Assembly (NCBI GenBank): GCA_026936335.1
Contig: JAPMXV010000037.1
Location: forward strand, 186,001 to 250,000
Source of the DNA: Mantamonas sphyraenae STR306
Lineage: Eukaryota; Protista; CRuMs
DNA: 64,000 nt
Direction: 5' to 3'
Shown: positions 24,455 to 38,779 of the stretch, piece after piece
Numbering within the stretch: position 1 is the stretch's first letter
Layout of the letters: each line of letters opens with the position of its first letter
Made by a program: the position numbers and the translations under genes
Notes under the pieces: model-generated
Databases searched by the model: none
What the model was told of the DNA's origin: nothing
Seen by the model: only the letters and a program-made list of their open reading frames with translations

Positions 24455-27400
24455 CTACAGATTCAAACTGTTGAGGGCTTGGTCGTGCATGCGCTCCTTC
24501 TGTCCCCGCTCCAGCTTTTCCAGACGCTTGGCAGGGTTGAAATCCGAGTGTGCACGTTCCACATGCTGCCGCAGAGCCCATCCGATGCCCACCTTGCGCA
24601 GGAGGGGTTTGGACCGGTCCATGGCCGTCTGTGCCTCCTCTTGCGACAGGCAGAATTGCGAGCGGTCGTGGATGATCAGGGCCTGGTCCGTGAGCAGTCC
24701 CAGCTGCGCAGCCATCTTTTCCGCCTCCAACATGAGTTCGTTGCATCGGTCGTACTCGTTTTCCATGAAGAGGATACATGCGCGCCACTGCTTGAGACGT
24801 GCCTTGACGCAAGCAAACGTGTGCGAATACTTCTCCAGCAGGGGCAAGCTGCGCTCCAGCACCTCAGTGACCACCTCCACATTCAACCACAGGCCGTCTG
24901 TCTCGCCGTTCCTCTTTTTGGCTTCGCCCATAAACAGGGCGTCGTTCAGCTTCACCGGCAGCTGCACAAACGCGCTGTATGCGTAGAACGACATAAACGT
25001 TGTCGGCTTGTCCACCTTTTCCAGCAGCTCCATGCCACGTCGCACGTACTGCAAACTCTCCGCAAAGTTGCCCGTGCGGTAGGCCAGCACCCCCTGTGCT
25101 GCGTGTTTGTTCAGCATGGTCGACAAATCCATCTCCTCCAGCCATCCCTCCGGCTTGCTGCGTTCAATCTTATCCAGCGTGGCAAACATGGCCTCTGCCT
25201 GGCTCTCCTGGCCCATTTCCAGGTAGTTGCGAGCCTGGCACACGAGTGCACTTGTGCCCAGCTGCCAATCGCCACGGTCGTGGCACTCAGGTACGCCTGT
25301 GTTGTCAGCACGACGCTGTGTTCCAGCTGCCCCTGCAGGTAGTACACGGTGCCCAACACGAGACAGGCCTCCTCGCACACACGTCGGTCGCCCAGCTGAG
25401 TGGCGTGCTCGATGGCGGTTTGGAACCAACGCACCGCAGAGTGCCATTCGCAGCTGCCGGAATAATACAGACCGATGCAGAACGACACACGCACCAACGC
25501 ACGCGCATCCAATTCTTCGTCCTCGTTGTCCAGCCACGATTGCACCTGTTCCACCAGCTTTTCTCCATTCTTGAAGTTCTTGTTGATCCCGTTGGCCAAC
25601 ACCAGGTACCCCTGCACCTCCAGGAACATGTCCCAATTCATGGCCTGCTCCGCCAGCTTCTGTGCCTGCAGGAAGCAGTACGAACACATCAGCCGGTCGC
25701 ACGCGTAGTATTTGATCTGACCCAGGTTCACCATGCACCGGAACGCATTCTCCAGCTTCACCTTGCTGTTCCCTGCTCCTCCTTTGCGCGTCGATCGCCC
25801 AAGCGAACCTACACCCTCCGATTGACTCATTCCTGCCGATCCTCCCATGCCTCCTCCGCCACTCTCCAGCTGCATGCTTCGGATCGAGTCTCGCTGCTTC
25901 TTGCGCAGGTTCTGCTTCATCAGCAGCTGTACACTCTTGCCCACGGCGCTGGCCGATGGTACGTCATGGCCCAGCAGACGAAGCGCGGTCTCCAGCGCCT
26001 TGCTGGCCTCGCCCAGGTTGCCCCGATTGAACTCGTTTTCGCCGATCTTCCGGTACCACACTGCCACCTGTTGCTGTTCCTCTTGGTACTCTTTGTTCTC
26101 ATCCGCCGTCAGTTCAGCGCTCACTTGCACCGCCTCGCGGAAGTAGTCCACTGCCTCGTCGCAGGCCATGTTGGCTTGCGCCGCATTGCCTGCCAGATTC
26201 AGATACACCAGCATTTTGCCCATCATTTCCGCCTTGCGCAGGTGGTGCACCAGCGTGGGCACAAGCACCTCCACGTTGTTCTCCGTCAGCCTCTCTTCGT
26301 ACCACAGCGCAACGCGACGGTGCAGCGTGCGCCGTTGCGAAAACAACATCAGGTTGTACACCACATCGACTGTGTCCTCGTTGCAGAACGAAAACACCTG
26401 CTTCGTCATCAACTTCACCTGCGGTGCACGCACCGCAAGTGCACCGCTGCGGTGTCGAGCTCGTCCACCGCCGCCGCCTGAGGAGGAGGACGCCGACGAC
26501 GAGGACGACTCCCCGTCTTCCCCGTCCTCGTTCTCTCCCTCAAACACAGCTCGCTTGCGCAGGATGCCCATGGTCGTCAGTGTGTTCAGATGCTCTTCCA
26601 GGTGCTCCTTTTCGCTTTCGATGGCAAACACATCGTGCAGGAGCGCTTCGGAAAAGGTGAACCCAATCACAGAGGCGCTCTTGAGCACAAACTGCTGCGA
26701 AGGCGTCAACTTGTCCACATTGGCAGCAATGATGCCTTTGAGGGTGTCTGGCAATGCCACCTGGCCCAGACGGCCTTCAAACACCTCGGAAACCTGACAG
26801 CGCGAGCAATCTTCGGTGATTTCAATCATGGCGTTGCTGTGCATGCTCTCCAGCAGCTCCATGGCAAAGAACGGGTTGCCGCCACTGCGAGACAACAGCA
26901 GGTCGACCAGCTCGGCGTCCACGGTGTCCACGCCCATGTGTTGGGTGGCCAATGCTCGCAGCTCCTCCTCGTTGAGACCACGCATGCTGATGCGCACACA
27001 ATCGTCCTCCACTTCCTCCATGGCACTCACAAGCTGTTCCACAGACCCTTCGCCTGGCTTGTGCGACAGTAGCAGCACAATCGGCAGTTGTTCGAGGTGG
27101 TTTGTAATCAGGCTTGCCAGCAGCGCCTCGGACGACGAGTCCAGCGTGTGCACGTCGTCCATCACAATGACCAACGGCTGTTTCTCAGCAACCGCTTGGA
27201 TGATGGCCAACAGAAGGATGCGTGTGTTGTCTGCACGCGCCTGCGGACTCATCGACTGCGTGGCTTGGGTCTCGGGCAGCTGCAGAGAGAGGAAGAGGTC
27301 CAACAGGGGCAGCAAGTCGGCCACTTCAGGCCCCAGGGCCTCTTCACAAAAGGACAACACAGCTTGGCTGTTTGTTTCCTCGTCTGCATCCTCCTGCACA

Positions 27401-29669
27401 CCCAACATGGCAGCGACAATGCTGTACCATGCGGCGTACGAGGCCTGCTCGCTGCTGTCTGCCTCGTGCCTGTTGCTTTTGTACACGGCGAGCCATCCCT
27501 TTCGCTCGCACAGGTGGGCACACCTGTCCAGCAGTCTGCTCTTGCCTATGCTTCCCTCGCCACTGACAATCACCACGCGTCCGTGGGCCTCGTCAGACTC
27601 GCTGATGTGCAGCATGCACGAGGTGACCAGATCCACCTCGTCCTGGCGTCCAATGAATTGGGTGTTGCTTGTGAGCAGTCGCATGGCATACTTTGTGGAC
27701 GGATGCTCCTCGTCCCGCTCTTGCAGCGGCTTGTACACGTCGACCATGCTGCTCTTGCCCTTGACCTTGATGCTGTCCAGGTACTCAAACGCATGTGTGT
27801 TCTGGCACGCCGTGAACGTGGGCGTGTCGTTGAGCACGTCGCCGTTTGCAGCCACCATCAAGCGTGCGCTGAGATTGACCACATCGCCGACCAACGCGTA
27901 CTCGCACCGTTCGTTCGAACCCACGGCGCCGCAGAAGGCCGTGCCCGTGGTGACACCGATGCTGTTGCTCTGCTTCATGCCAATCAGTTCGTTGTGGATG
28001 CGCAGCGCGGCACGCAGCGAGCGTGCAGGGTCATCCTGATGCACAAACGGTGGCAAGCCCCACGCAGCCACAAGCACACATCCCTTGTCATCCATCATAA
28101 ACTGCCTCACTGTTCCCTCCAAATCGTACACGGCCGTCTGCATGGCCACCATGGCCTGTTGCACCGCCTCCAAATCTGCACCGTCGTCGTCTCCGTCCAC
28201 CTTGACGTCGTGCAGGTTGACAAACAGCACACTGACCCGTCGCAGCTCACCCATCCAACCCGTCTGGCCCGAATCCAGACGTGACGTCACCACTGCGGGC
28301 ACATACGCACGCAACGCCACTTCCATGTCGAAACTGGGCTCCACAGACTTGTCTGGAGGCTGCGGCAGCGGGTCGGTGATGCGCAGCAGCTTGTGCACCT
28401 GTTTGTACTCGGCGTCGTCGATGAAAATGCACTGGGCTTCCACACGCTCATTGACGAGTGCCATGGCGGCATCACTGAGCACCACGTCGCCACGTGCGGC
28501 GTTGCGTTCGGCCGCAGCGACAGCCTGCAAGGGTTCGCCTGCCACCAGGTACTCCCATCGATCCTGGATGCCACCGACGTGCAAGGCATGCATGGTGCCT
28601 GCAGAAATGCCGATGTGCAGGGAAAGTTGAAAGTCGCCTGCGTTGAAGCCGTTGAGGCCGCCAATGATGGCAGAGGCACACTGCAGCGCCAGCATCGTCA
28701 CGTGGCTCTGGTCCACCACCTTTTTGTTCTCCACCGCCCACGTCACCAGCACCGCGTCGCCGGCAAACTTGACAATGTCGCCTCCGTGCTCCTTCACCAA
28801 GGTGATCATTTTGCCGAAAAACGCGTTGAGGTAGCCGCTGAGCTGTTCCATGCCCTCGGGACCTGCTTTGCACAGCGCCTCCGTCATCGGCGTGAACCCG
28901 GAAATGTCTGCAAACATGACTGCGCCCTCAAAGGAGGTGCACTCGGCCCTCGACGGCCGCTGGCTGTCTGCTTTGAAGCGTTGCAGGAGTGTGGCCGGCA
29001 CATAAGCGGCAAGCGCCGCAAGCCGCTCCGCTTCGTGCGTCTGCACCTGCTGTGCGCTCGCCTGCTTCTTCTTCATTTTGTTGTACGCATTCAACTGTGG
29101 GTAGGTGGATGCATCGCGAGGAACACGCGGGTCAGGAGAGGCACACACACGGGAGAGGGCCGGGATCTTTTGGCAGTCTGGAACGGGGGGCAAGGCTGGC
29201 ACAAATTCGCCCTTGCGTTCCACCCCACGCAAGGCACAGAGAGAGAGAGTGAGAGAGGGAGAGAGAGACGTACCGTGGAGGTGCCCTGTTGCCACTGTCG
29301 GATCACACTCAACCAGTCGACCATTTCCTGCGGCGATGGGGCAGAAAGGTAGTACTGACGCTCCTCCGTCTTGAGGTGAAAGAGATGCAGCTTGCCCATG
29401 GCTTCTTCGGGCGGCACAATGTCTGCCTGGGACACGTCAGCCAAGGCAATGAAGCCCAGGGGCTGCGAATCCACCTCCTCTCCCTTCTTGGCGTAGTAGA
29501 AGAGGAACCCGTCGCGAAAGATGAACCAGCGCCGCTTCCAGTTCTTGCGCTTGGCTCCTCGTTTCGTCAGGAAGCCCTGCATCTGTGTGGTCGCCACACG
29601 CTTGGCGCGCAGAGAGAACACACGGTCGCTCGTCCCCAGACTGTTGATGGATCGCGAAGACGAGGACAT
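24455..29669 (-). CDS. Soluble-type class III nucleotidyl cyclase (ADCY10/sAC family) with N-terminal PH domain, STAND-type ATPase and TPR-like tail; intron 29095-29273; apparent frameshift ~25283
   Basis: PH: GFLTKRGAKRKNWKRRWF..W. Cyclase C1: FADISGFT, DIVKFAGDA. Cyclase C2: FMMDDKG, EYALVGDVVNLSARLM. P-loop: GEGSIGKS. Also GGNPFF and helical repeats. Confidence 0.9.
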
Positions 29670-29846
29670 CGTCGTGTTGGCCGAGCACGGGAGCAAAGCA
29701 CAGGCTCTGGCTGATGCCATCATCGTCATGGAGGTTGTCCACGATGGGTCATGTGAGGGCCTGTGTCTGTGTCTGTGTGCGTGTGTGTGTTGCTTGCCCT
29801 GTGCAAAAGGTGTGCTGCAGCCGATGCGCGCGATCAGCCAAACCCA

Positions 29847-30298
29847 TTCAAAAGTGAGTCGGAAAAAACCCGCGCTCGCCTTTTCGCCCTTTGGGTCGTT
29901 TTCCTCTCTGCGCAATGCAGCGTGTTGAGAGTGTGTGCATGGCATGGCGAGGGTGGCAACGCGTATGCGATGTGCACGCACATGGAATGTGCGTGTTTGC
30001 ATGCTCTGTGCACCCTCGTGGATGGGTGTATGGGCCGGTTGCAAATCGGGTGGCGGTTTTTTGGAGCTGCACGCCGGATTCGGCAACGGCTCCTTTGCAC
30101 ACGATGTGTGTGTGCTGGGTCAACGGCAACCATGTAAACATGGCCAGGGATGTGCATGGAAGCGTATGAGGTGGATGATGCACGTGCAGTGCATGTGTGG
30201 AGTGCCTGTGCGAGGCTGTCGAGGTGGCAAAAGGGCGCGCAGGGCGGGAAAAACGGGCGCGAAAGAGCCCAGGCCAACGGCTCTCTGTGCCACAACGG
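29847..30298 (+). promoter_or_regulatory. Cluster of MSA-like AACGG (x5), E2F-like (x2) and CHR-like motifs upstream of tubulin copy 2
   Basis: AACGG at 30085, 30122, 30252, 30276, 30294; GCGGGAAA at 30244 and GCGCGAAA at 30257; TTCAAA at 29847. Confidence 0.5.
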
Positions 30299-30505
30299 CC
30301 ACTTTGCAGGCAGCTGCACAGGGGAGAAGAGGTGCATGGAGGACGGCATGGACACACACATGTGCACAGGACCTGTGTGCAGGGTGTGTGCATGTGGGCG
30401 TGTGCATGAGAGGCGTGTGTGCGTGTGGAGAGGGCAAAGAGGGCCGGTGCATGGAAACAACGAGAGAAAGCAAAGCACACCGAAAAACCACGACGAGAAG
30501 ACTAA

Positions 30506-31888
<1,383 letters not shown>

Positions 31889-32481
31889 GTGCAGCATGGC
31901 ACAGGTGAGTGAGGGCGGGGCGGAGAGGAGCATCTGAACGGCAGGCCTGCGATGTCGCGGGCCACTGAGTGCTGCCGGGTGTGCCTTGCGTGAGCCCACC
32001 TCACTCTGGAGAGCTGTCCCACCTGCAGCGGCGTACAAGGCAGCTGTGGAAAGACAGGAAAATGCACTGGCAGTGTTTACTCTCGTACTCTCTTTCTCTA
32101 TCTTACTCTCTTGCTCCAGCATGTTGGTTTCCGTCTTGTGCGTGCTGGGAAAGTTGCCGGATGCGCACCTGCCATTCCAACACAAGTCACTCACCAATGG
32201 TAACCAAGGGGCGTGATGTGTGGGGAATGACGACGCGGGATGGGATGGTGCAGGTGGTTGGAAAGCTGACACGCTGAATTTGGCTGGTGGTCTACTGCGG
32301 GGGCGGACCGCGTGCATCGCGCAGTTTGCACGGTCGGTGACGCCCGGTCTTGCCAGCGGTCGAAGAATGGTGGGCATGACAGGTCGCCAGGGTGGAGTGG
32401 AGGCCGTGTGTGGTGTGTCGATGGTAGGTGGGGTTGGGACAAGGGCGCAGGCGGGCTGAGTCCGTTTAGCCTCGGGCAAAC

Positions 32482-33941
32482 TTGCTGACACACGCACCCT
32501 CCGAGCAGGCCGTGCGCGGCTATCAGGCGCAGGTGGACCCTGCCACAAGCCCTGCAGGTGTGCATAGCAGTGCAGGAGATGGAGTCACCGACGTTGCGTA
32601 CTTTAAGGACAGCGAAAAGACGCTGGCAGTCGTTTGGGGCGACGGGTGCGTTTTTCGGGATGTTTCTGCCGAGTTCCATGCCTCTCGACGTCTGCTGACC
32701 TCCTGTTTGTGCCGCCGGTGTGCCGGTTGCGTGTGTGTGCCCTTCCCACCTGCTCAGACATCAGTCTTCGTATCATTATATGTGGCTGCGTGACAACTGC
32801 AAGTGCCCCAAGTGTGTGCACCAGTCCTCCGGCCAAAAGCTGGTCACCATCTTGCACATTCCCGAGGACGTGGCGGCCACGCAGGTGTCCCAAGAAAACG
32901 TGAGTGTGCCACAGTGGACCGGAAACATGTTGTGTGTGAGCACTGGTTGGACTGACATGTGTGGATCATCGCCAGGGCGAATTTGTGGTGCGCTGGAACG
33001 ACGACGGAGCTCACGAGAGCAGGTACAGCACAGAGTGGTTGCGTGAGCATTGTTACTCGAACAAGTCGCGCAGTGAGCGTGCGTTGAACGAGTACAAGAG
33101 TGTGGCGCTGTGGGATGCGCAGGCGTACAACATGAGTTCGGAGCCGGAGCTGAGCTACCACGAGGTGATTGCGGACGAGGAGGGCATGTACAAGCTCATC
33201 CGACAGGTGAAGCGCTTTGGCTTGTGTTTCCTCACGGATGTGCCCAAGAAGAAGGGCGAAGTGGGACGGTTTGCACAGCACATGGCGTACATTCGCAACA
33301 CCCGATACGGCGAGGTGTGGGATCTGATTTCCGTGCCCGAGGCAGACAACGTGGCATACACCGACCTTGCCCTTTTGTTCCACCAGGACCTGCTGTACTA
33401 CGAGAGCACGCCTGGGGTGCAGCTGCTTCACTCGCTGGTGTTTGACGATGCCATCGAGGGCGGGTACACCACGTTTCTGGACGGCTTCAAGGTGGCCGTG
33501 GAACTCAGCAAGCTGGATCCGCGTGCCTACGATGTGCTCACGCGTGTGCCTCTGACCTACCAGTATCGCAGCAAGGATGCGCATCTGGTGTACAAGCGGC
33601 CGGTGCTGCGCACCAACGAGTTGACAGGCATGCTGGAGCAGATCAACTACAGTCCACAGTACCAAGGGCCGTTGGATGTACCGGAGGAGAATGTGGAAGA
33701 GGTGTACTCTGCGTTCCGCGCGTTTTCAGCAGTGTGTGCGGATCCGTCGCTGATCTACCAGCGGCGCATGACTCCCGGCACCATGGCCATCTTCAACAAC
33801 AGGCGCATTCTGCACGGACGCACGGGCTTCAACTCGCACCAGGGCAACCGCCACTTCCAGGGCACATACGTGGAGTGGGACGAGTTTGAGAGCATTTACC
33901 GTGTGCTTTCGCGTCGCTACGAGGTCGAGGCATCGTTGTAG
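32482..33941 (+). CDS. BBOX1: Gamma-butyrobetaine dioxygenase; introns 32647-32757 and 32900-32975; true 5' end uncertain (possibly ~32200)
   Basis: YMWLRDNCKCPKC Zn domain, RYSTEWLREHCY, NVAYT..L.FHQDLLYYESTPGVQLLH, DGFKVA, NRRILHGRTGF match the BBOX pattern. Confidence 0.8.
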
Positions 33942-35889
33942 GGATGGCGTGCAAACATGGTGTCGTGAAGATCGCCCGCGGCGCGAGTGTGCACGTCGGG
34001 ACTGTGTTGCAGTTGTTGGAGAAGTGTGTCGGCGCGATCGAGGTTGTCCTTGAGGACGGCGCGTTCGCTGATGACGACGCGAAGGTGGTTGATGGCCTGA
34101 ATGTACGGCAGGGCCAACGCTGCATGTTTGGGATTGTCCCCTTGGGCATTCTTGCTGGTGCGAAGGAGGTCTTGCAGCTCGGTCAGCAGCTGGTAGTTGC
34201 TGGTCACCGTGCCCGGGTAGCGTGCGAGCAAGCCCATGCAAGTCTCCTTGATGCTACGGTACATCTCGTACTCGACAAAGTCACTGCATGGCGAGGTCTC
34301 ACCGCCTGCAGGCAGGGAGTCCAACTCCTTGGCGCTGGCGAGCTGCACCCGCAGGAACATGAGCAGGCGTTCGTCAAAGGCGTTGCGCATGAGGTAGAAC
34401 GAGTTGCTGGCTGCGTTGAATCCGTGCGGCTCCAACCGTTGCATGCGCTTTCTGTACAAGGGGTCCTCCTTGTTGAGGCCGATAGTGATGGGCACGGATT
34501 CGTACGGGCTGTTGTCGACTGGAGGTGTTTTGGATGTGGTTTGGGGGGGGGGACGGAGTGAGACGACGACCAACATGATTGGAGTGCACCACACACTGTT
34601 TGTGAGAGGCGAGGGGAACACGTACACGTGAGACCAAACTTGCGCATATAAGAGGCGTTGGGCAGGGCATGAAAGTTGAGGGTGAGGGTGTCACCTGGAC
34701 GATACTGGCGTGCGGCGTGGACGTCGAGGTGGGTGTGATTGAAGGACCATGTGTGCAAGGGCACCAATGGGTCCTGGCGAAAGTAGTCGACAAACGGGGC
34801 AAGGAGCATCTGACGACGCAGGGCGTTTGGTTGGCCCGGCAATGTTCGCACCATGAGACGAGAGTGTACAATGCAACTCGCACGCAGCCACTTGTCCAGT
34901 GTAAAGAAGCCCGGGCGGTCGATGTGACGACTCCACCGTTGCCAAAAGGTGTTGTTGGGACCAAAGAAGACGGCGTGGACGGCCATGTTCCACTGGATGT
35001 CCGCGTTGATGACATACTGTGCCTGGGATCCAGCAAGCTGATGAAGGTCTTCGATGCGGTGGCATGCCCCATTGGGCGGCGACGTGGGCAATGTGTTGAT
35101 CCACGGCATCCAGGGCGACTCGGTGCTGTTGTACGTCTCCAACACCAGCAGCAGCGTCAGAAGATCGGCCTGTTCCGGAATGATGATGTCTGCACGAGTG
35201 TCATCGCCGTCGTGGTTGTCTCCCGTGTCCAAGTGGGCACCCTCCACAAACCGTTCCACCAGCGGGTTGAGTTGCATGGCCGACCAGGCGGGCAGGAGGA
35301 GGGAGTTGGGCAGGCTCAGCAGCAACTCGCCCTCACTCACGGCCTCGGTGGCCACCCACTTGAGACCATAGATGTGGTTTTGCAGGCGCAATGCCATGTG
35401 TGGGTGTCTGTACATCCCATGGGCGTCACCCCAGTGCCACAGGTCGCGCACGAGGTTCTGCATGGGAAAGTCGAGTGGGGCCGCCGAATGGTCCAGCGGC
35501 TCCGCGTCCCCGGCCTTGCTGGACTCTCGCGGTTTGCCCTCGGTGTCCAGTTGTGGCGGGGTGGTGGACAACATGTTGTGTACGTTGTCTTCCAGGGTGT
35601 GGGGCCTGTCCAATGCCACGTACTGGTCCTCAAAGGTGACTGGAAACGGGGCGAAGCGAGACCTGCCAGGAAGGGTGTCTCGCACAAGCACCGGCGCCAC
35701 GTCACGTCGCTCTGTGGTGAAGGGACGGTACGCATGCACAGTGGGCATCACCCACAATGGACCACAGTCGTTCAACAGGAGCAAGCAGCATGGCAATAGG
35801 AACAGCACCCGCCAGCAGCGCAGGGACGACGTGCAACAAGGGACGGCAGCAGCGACAGGCGACGTGGGCATTTGGGTTGGCATGAACAT
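33917..35889 (-). CDS. SET-domain protein of Rubisco-LSMT/SETD3-like architecture, degenerate active site, N-terminal hydrophobic segment; intron 34519-34625
   Basis: [72 protein letters not shown]|LTFDNSPYE; LSMT substrate-binding-like tail (LLMFLRV, Y..T..N, ISERAVL). Confidence 0.7.
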
Positions 35890-35934
35890 CGGGTGCACGT
35901 GTATTCCTATTTGTTGTCCTTCACAACACCAATC

Positions 35935-36852
35935 TCACATTGTGGCTTCCACTTGTGTTTCGACGGCGGCAACAATCTTCTTTCGGGCTTCGGGGAAGGG
36001 AGACACAGACACCGTCTGGCGCTTGGTCATCTTTGAATACTGCGCGGTCAACCAAACAGGTGTGTGTAAGCAGTCCACACACGCGCGGGGGAAGCGGGAA
36101 GGGGGGGAACGAGGGACGTTGGGATGGGCTACACAAAAGGGTCGACGTACAGAAAAGCGGACAGTGCCGTCGCGGAGGGCAAACAGGGTGTGGTCGCGGC
36201 CGATGCCCACATTCTGCCCCGGGTGGAACTTTGTGCCGCGCTGGCGGACTGTACAGTGCATGGGAGGGATGGAGGAGGAGGGGAAAGGGTGGGTGTGAGC
36301 AGGACAGGTGTGCGCGCGATGGGTTTGTTGCGCATGCACAACGTGGCGTTGTTTGGAAGGCCACGTACGGATGATGTTGCCCGCGCGAGCAATCTGGTCG
36401 CCAAAGATCTTGACACCTAACCTGCGACCCGCGCTGTCACGGCCATTCTTGGACGAGCCACCAGCCTTCTTGGTGGCATGTCGCACAGCCAGGGACGCTG
36501 TGTGGAGGTGTGGGTCATGGGGAGGTGGCGTGAGGACGGGGTGAGGAGGGGCCGAGGGACGGGTGCATGTCTACCGGAGGCCCATGCGGGGGGTAAAGCA
36601 AGCGGGAACGGGTACAAAGGCGCTCAGAGGGAGGATGGGGAGGGTGGCAAGGGCACTGGCAGGGTCAAACCTTGCATGCATCCACAGGGCAAGGGTGGGG
36701 GAGGGCAGAGAGAAGGTGTGTGGTGGGGGGACTTTCGGCGTACCTGCAAGCGGGTTGTTGGCAGAGACACAGGCGTCGGAGGAACGTGCGATGACAGAGA
36801 TGGATGTGGAGAGTGCAGAGGAGGAGGAGGAGCGAAGGGGACGAGCAAACAT
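35935..36852 (-). CDS. MRPL27: Mitochondrial ribosomal protein bL27m, multi-exon
   Basis: [29 protein letters not shown]|[25 protein letters not shown]; presequence-like first exon [10 protein letters not shown]. Confidence 0.9.
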
Positions 36853-37001
36853 GATGGTGTGTGGGGTTGTTGTGCGACGATGGGGGCAGCTCCACACACA
36901 CAAACACACACACAGAGGCAATGCATCATCGGGGCACTGGATCAGATAGAGGTGGGGGTGTGTTGGACAGAGAGTATCGTAAGGAGAACAAGGGGTCAGG
37001 A

Positions 37002-38325
37002 ATGGGTGGTGGTGGTGGTGGGGGGTTGAGTTTGCAGCAGGTGGCACGGTTGGCCAACGGAGTGCTGGGGTCGGTGTGGTTGAGGGCACTGGTACAGCTG
37101 GCAGTGGTGCTGTGGTTGGTGTGGATGCTGCGTATGGAACGCAGCCAATCGGAGGCGTTGGAGGGTGCAGTGGTGCACTTGGAGGAGATGTACAACGCAG
37201 AGGTGGGGGTGCGCAACGCGGACAAGTTCACGCTGGAGGAGGACTTTGTGCCTGTGGTGGCATACGTGCACCAGAGACCACAGTACTACCAACAAGTGGT
37301 GGATGCGTTGCGACAGGTGACGGGTATTGAGAAGACCATGTTCATTGTGTCGCACGACAGCCTGAACGAAGAGATGTTGGCCATCAGCCGTTCCATCGAC
37401 TTTTGCCAAGTCAAGATCCTTCTCCATCCGGTGTCCCCGCTCCATCCCCCCGACGAGTGTGCCCTCAAGGAGCATTGGTACTGGCTGCAACGTACCCTGT
37501 GGGAGACTCTGTTTCCCAAGCGCGTGACTGATGTACGTGGTGTGGTGTGGGGTGTGGTGTGTGAGGTTTGAAGGAAGCGGCTGGGTGCAGGTTGTAGCCT
37601 CTGGGTTTGTTGGCCACCCTCTCACACACACACACACACACACACACTGCGGTGGGCCACCACTCTGCACGTGTCATTCCATCTCACAGATTGTCTTTAT
37701 TGAAGAGGACCATGTGGTGTCGCCGGACTTTTACTGTGCGCTCAAGCCGCTGTTGCGGCTGAAGAATGTGGGGGTGGTGCCCGAGACCAGCACGGTGGCC
37801 ATGGGCAGTTACAACACAGAGTTTGGACAGCCCATTGCTGATTATGTCAGCTACGGTGGCTTCCTCAACACAGGGTATGCATACAACCGGTCAGTCTGGG
37901 ATGCCATTGTGCAACACAACAAGGTAAGGGAGATGGGGGGTGAACACAGAGTGAACACACCCACACATGCATGCGCAGAGGCTGACACTGTTATTGACCA
38001 ACACACTCTGCCCTTGTGCCCTGTCTCTGTTCAGCTGTTCAATGTGACGGATTCGGATTGGGACTCTGCGCTGGTGGATGGGTTGATGATGCAGGGCAAA
38101 CTGGGAAGCTTCCAGATCTCACCGCGGGTGGCCAGGATCCGCAACATTGGCGAACATGGCATCCACAAGGATCAGACGTATTTTGAGCTGCAACGTGATG
38201 GCAAGCATCCCACGTCGGACAACCGGCACTGCGACGCCAAATTCCACGCCGACCTCAAATTGTGGGTGCGGGATGCCAAACCTGCAGAGATGATTTGTGA
38301 TGCAAACTCCTGCTTTCGTGGATGA
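37002..38325 (+). CDS. MGAT2: GlcNAc-transferase II (GT16)-like type II membrane glycosyltransferase; 2 introns
   Basis: N-terminal TM; YVHQRPQY, FIVSHD, IDFCQVKILLHP, LKEHWYW, IVFIEEDH..SPDF, WDSAL. Confidence 0.75.
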
Positions 38326-38779
38326 GAGGATGGAAGTGGGGGGAAGGGATGAACTGTGGGTGGGGAATGGCAATGGAAGCGTGCGGCGTGGTTGGCGCGC
38401 TGTGTCCGCCAAAAAACAAAAACTTCAGGTGTGTGCAGAGCAGAGAGACAACGGGGCAGTGGCGTGTGTGTTTGTACCTGCGTATCCACATGTGCATGGG
38501 CGGTTGGTGTGTGTTTGGATCGCATGAGGGTGTGCATGAAGCTCGGGGAAGCAGCCGCGGATGGTGCCGACCGTTGCAGATCCGCGGCGCCAACTACCCG
38601 CGAGTGCAGGGAAGGACGGGAAGGAGTAGGGTGGGAACAGCAAAAGGGGTCGACGTGGGGGCAATTCTGTGTAGAGGGGACCATGAGCCGCATGAAGGCA
38701 TGTGTGCGGCTGTGCCTTGGCTGACGCAGAGGCACTCGCCACGTGCGTTTTTTTCGGACGCGCGCGGATCACAGGGGAA

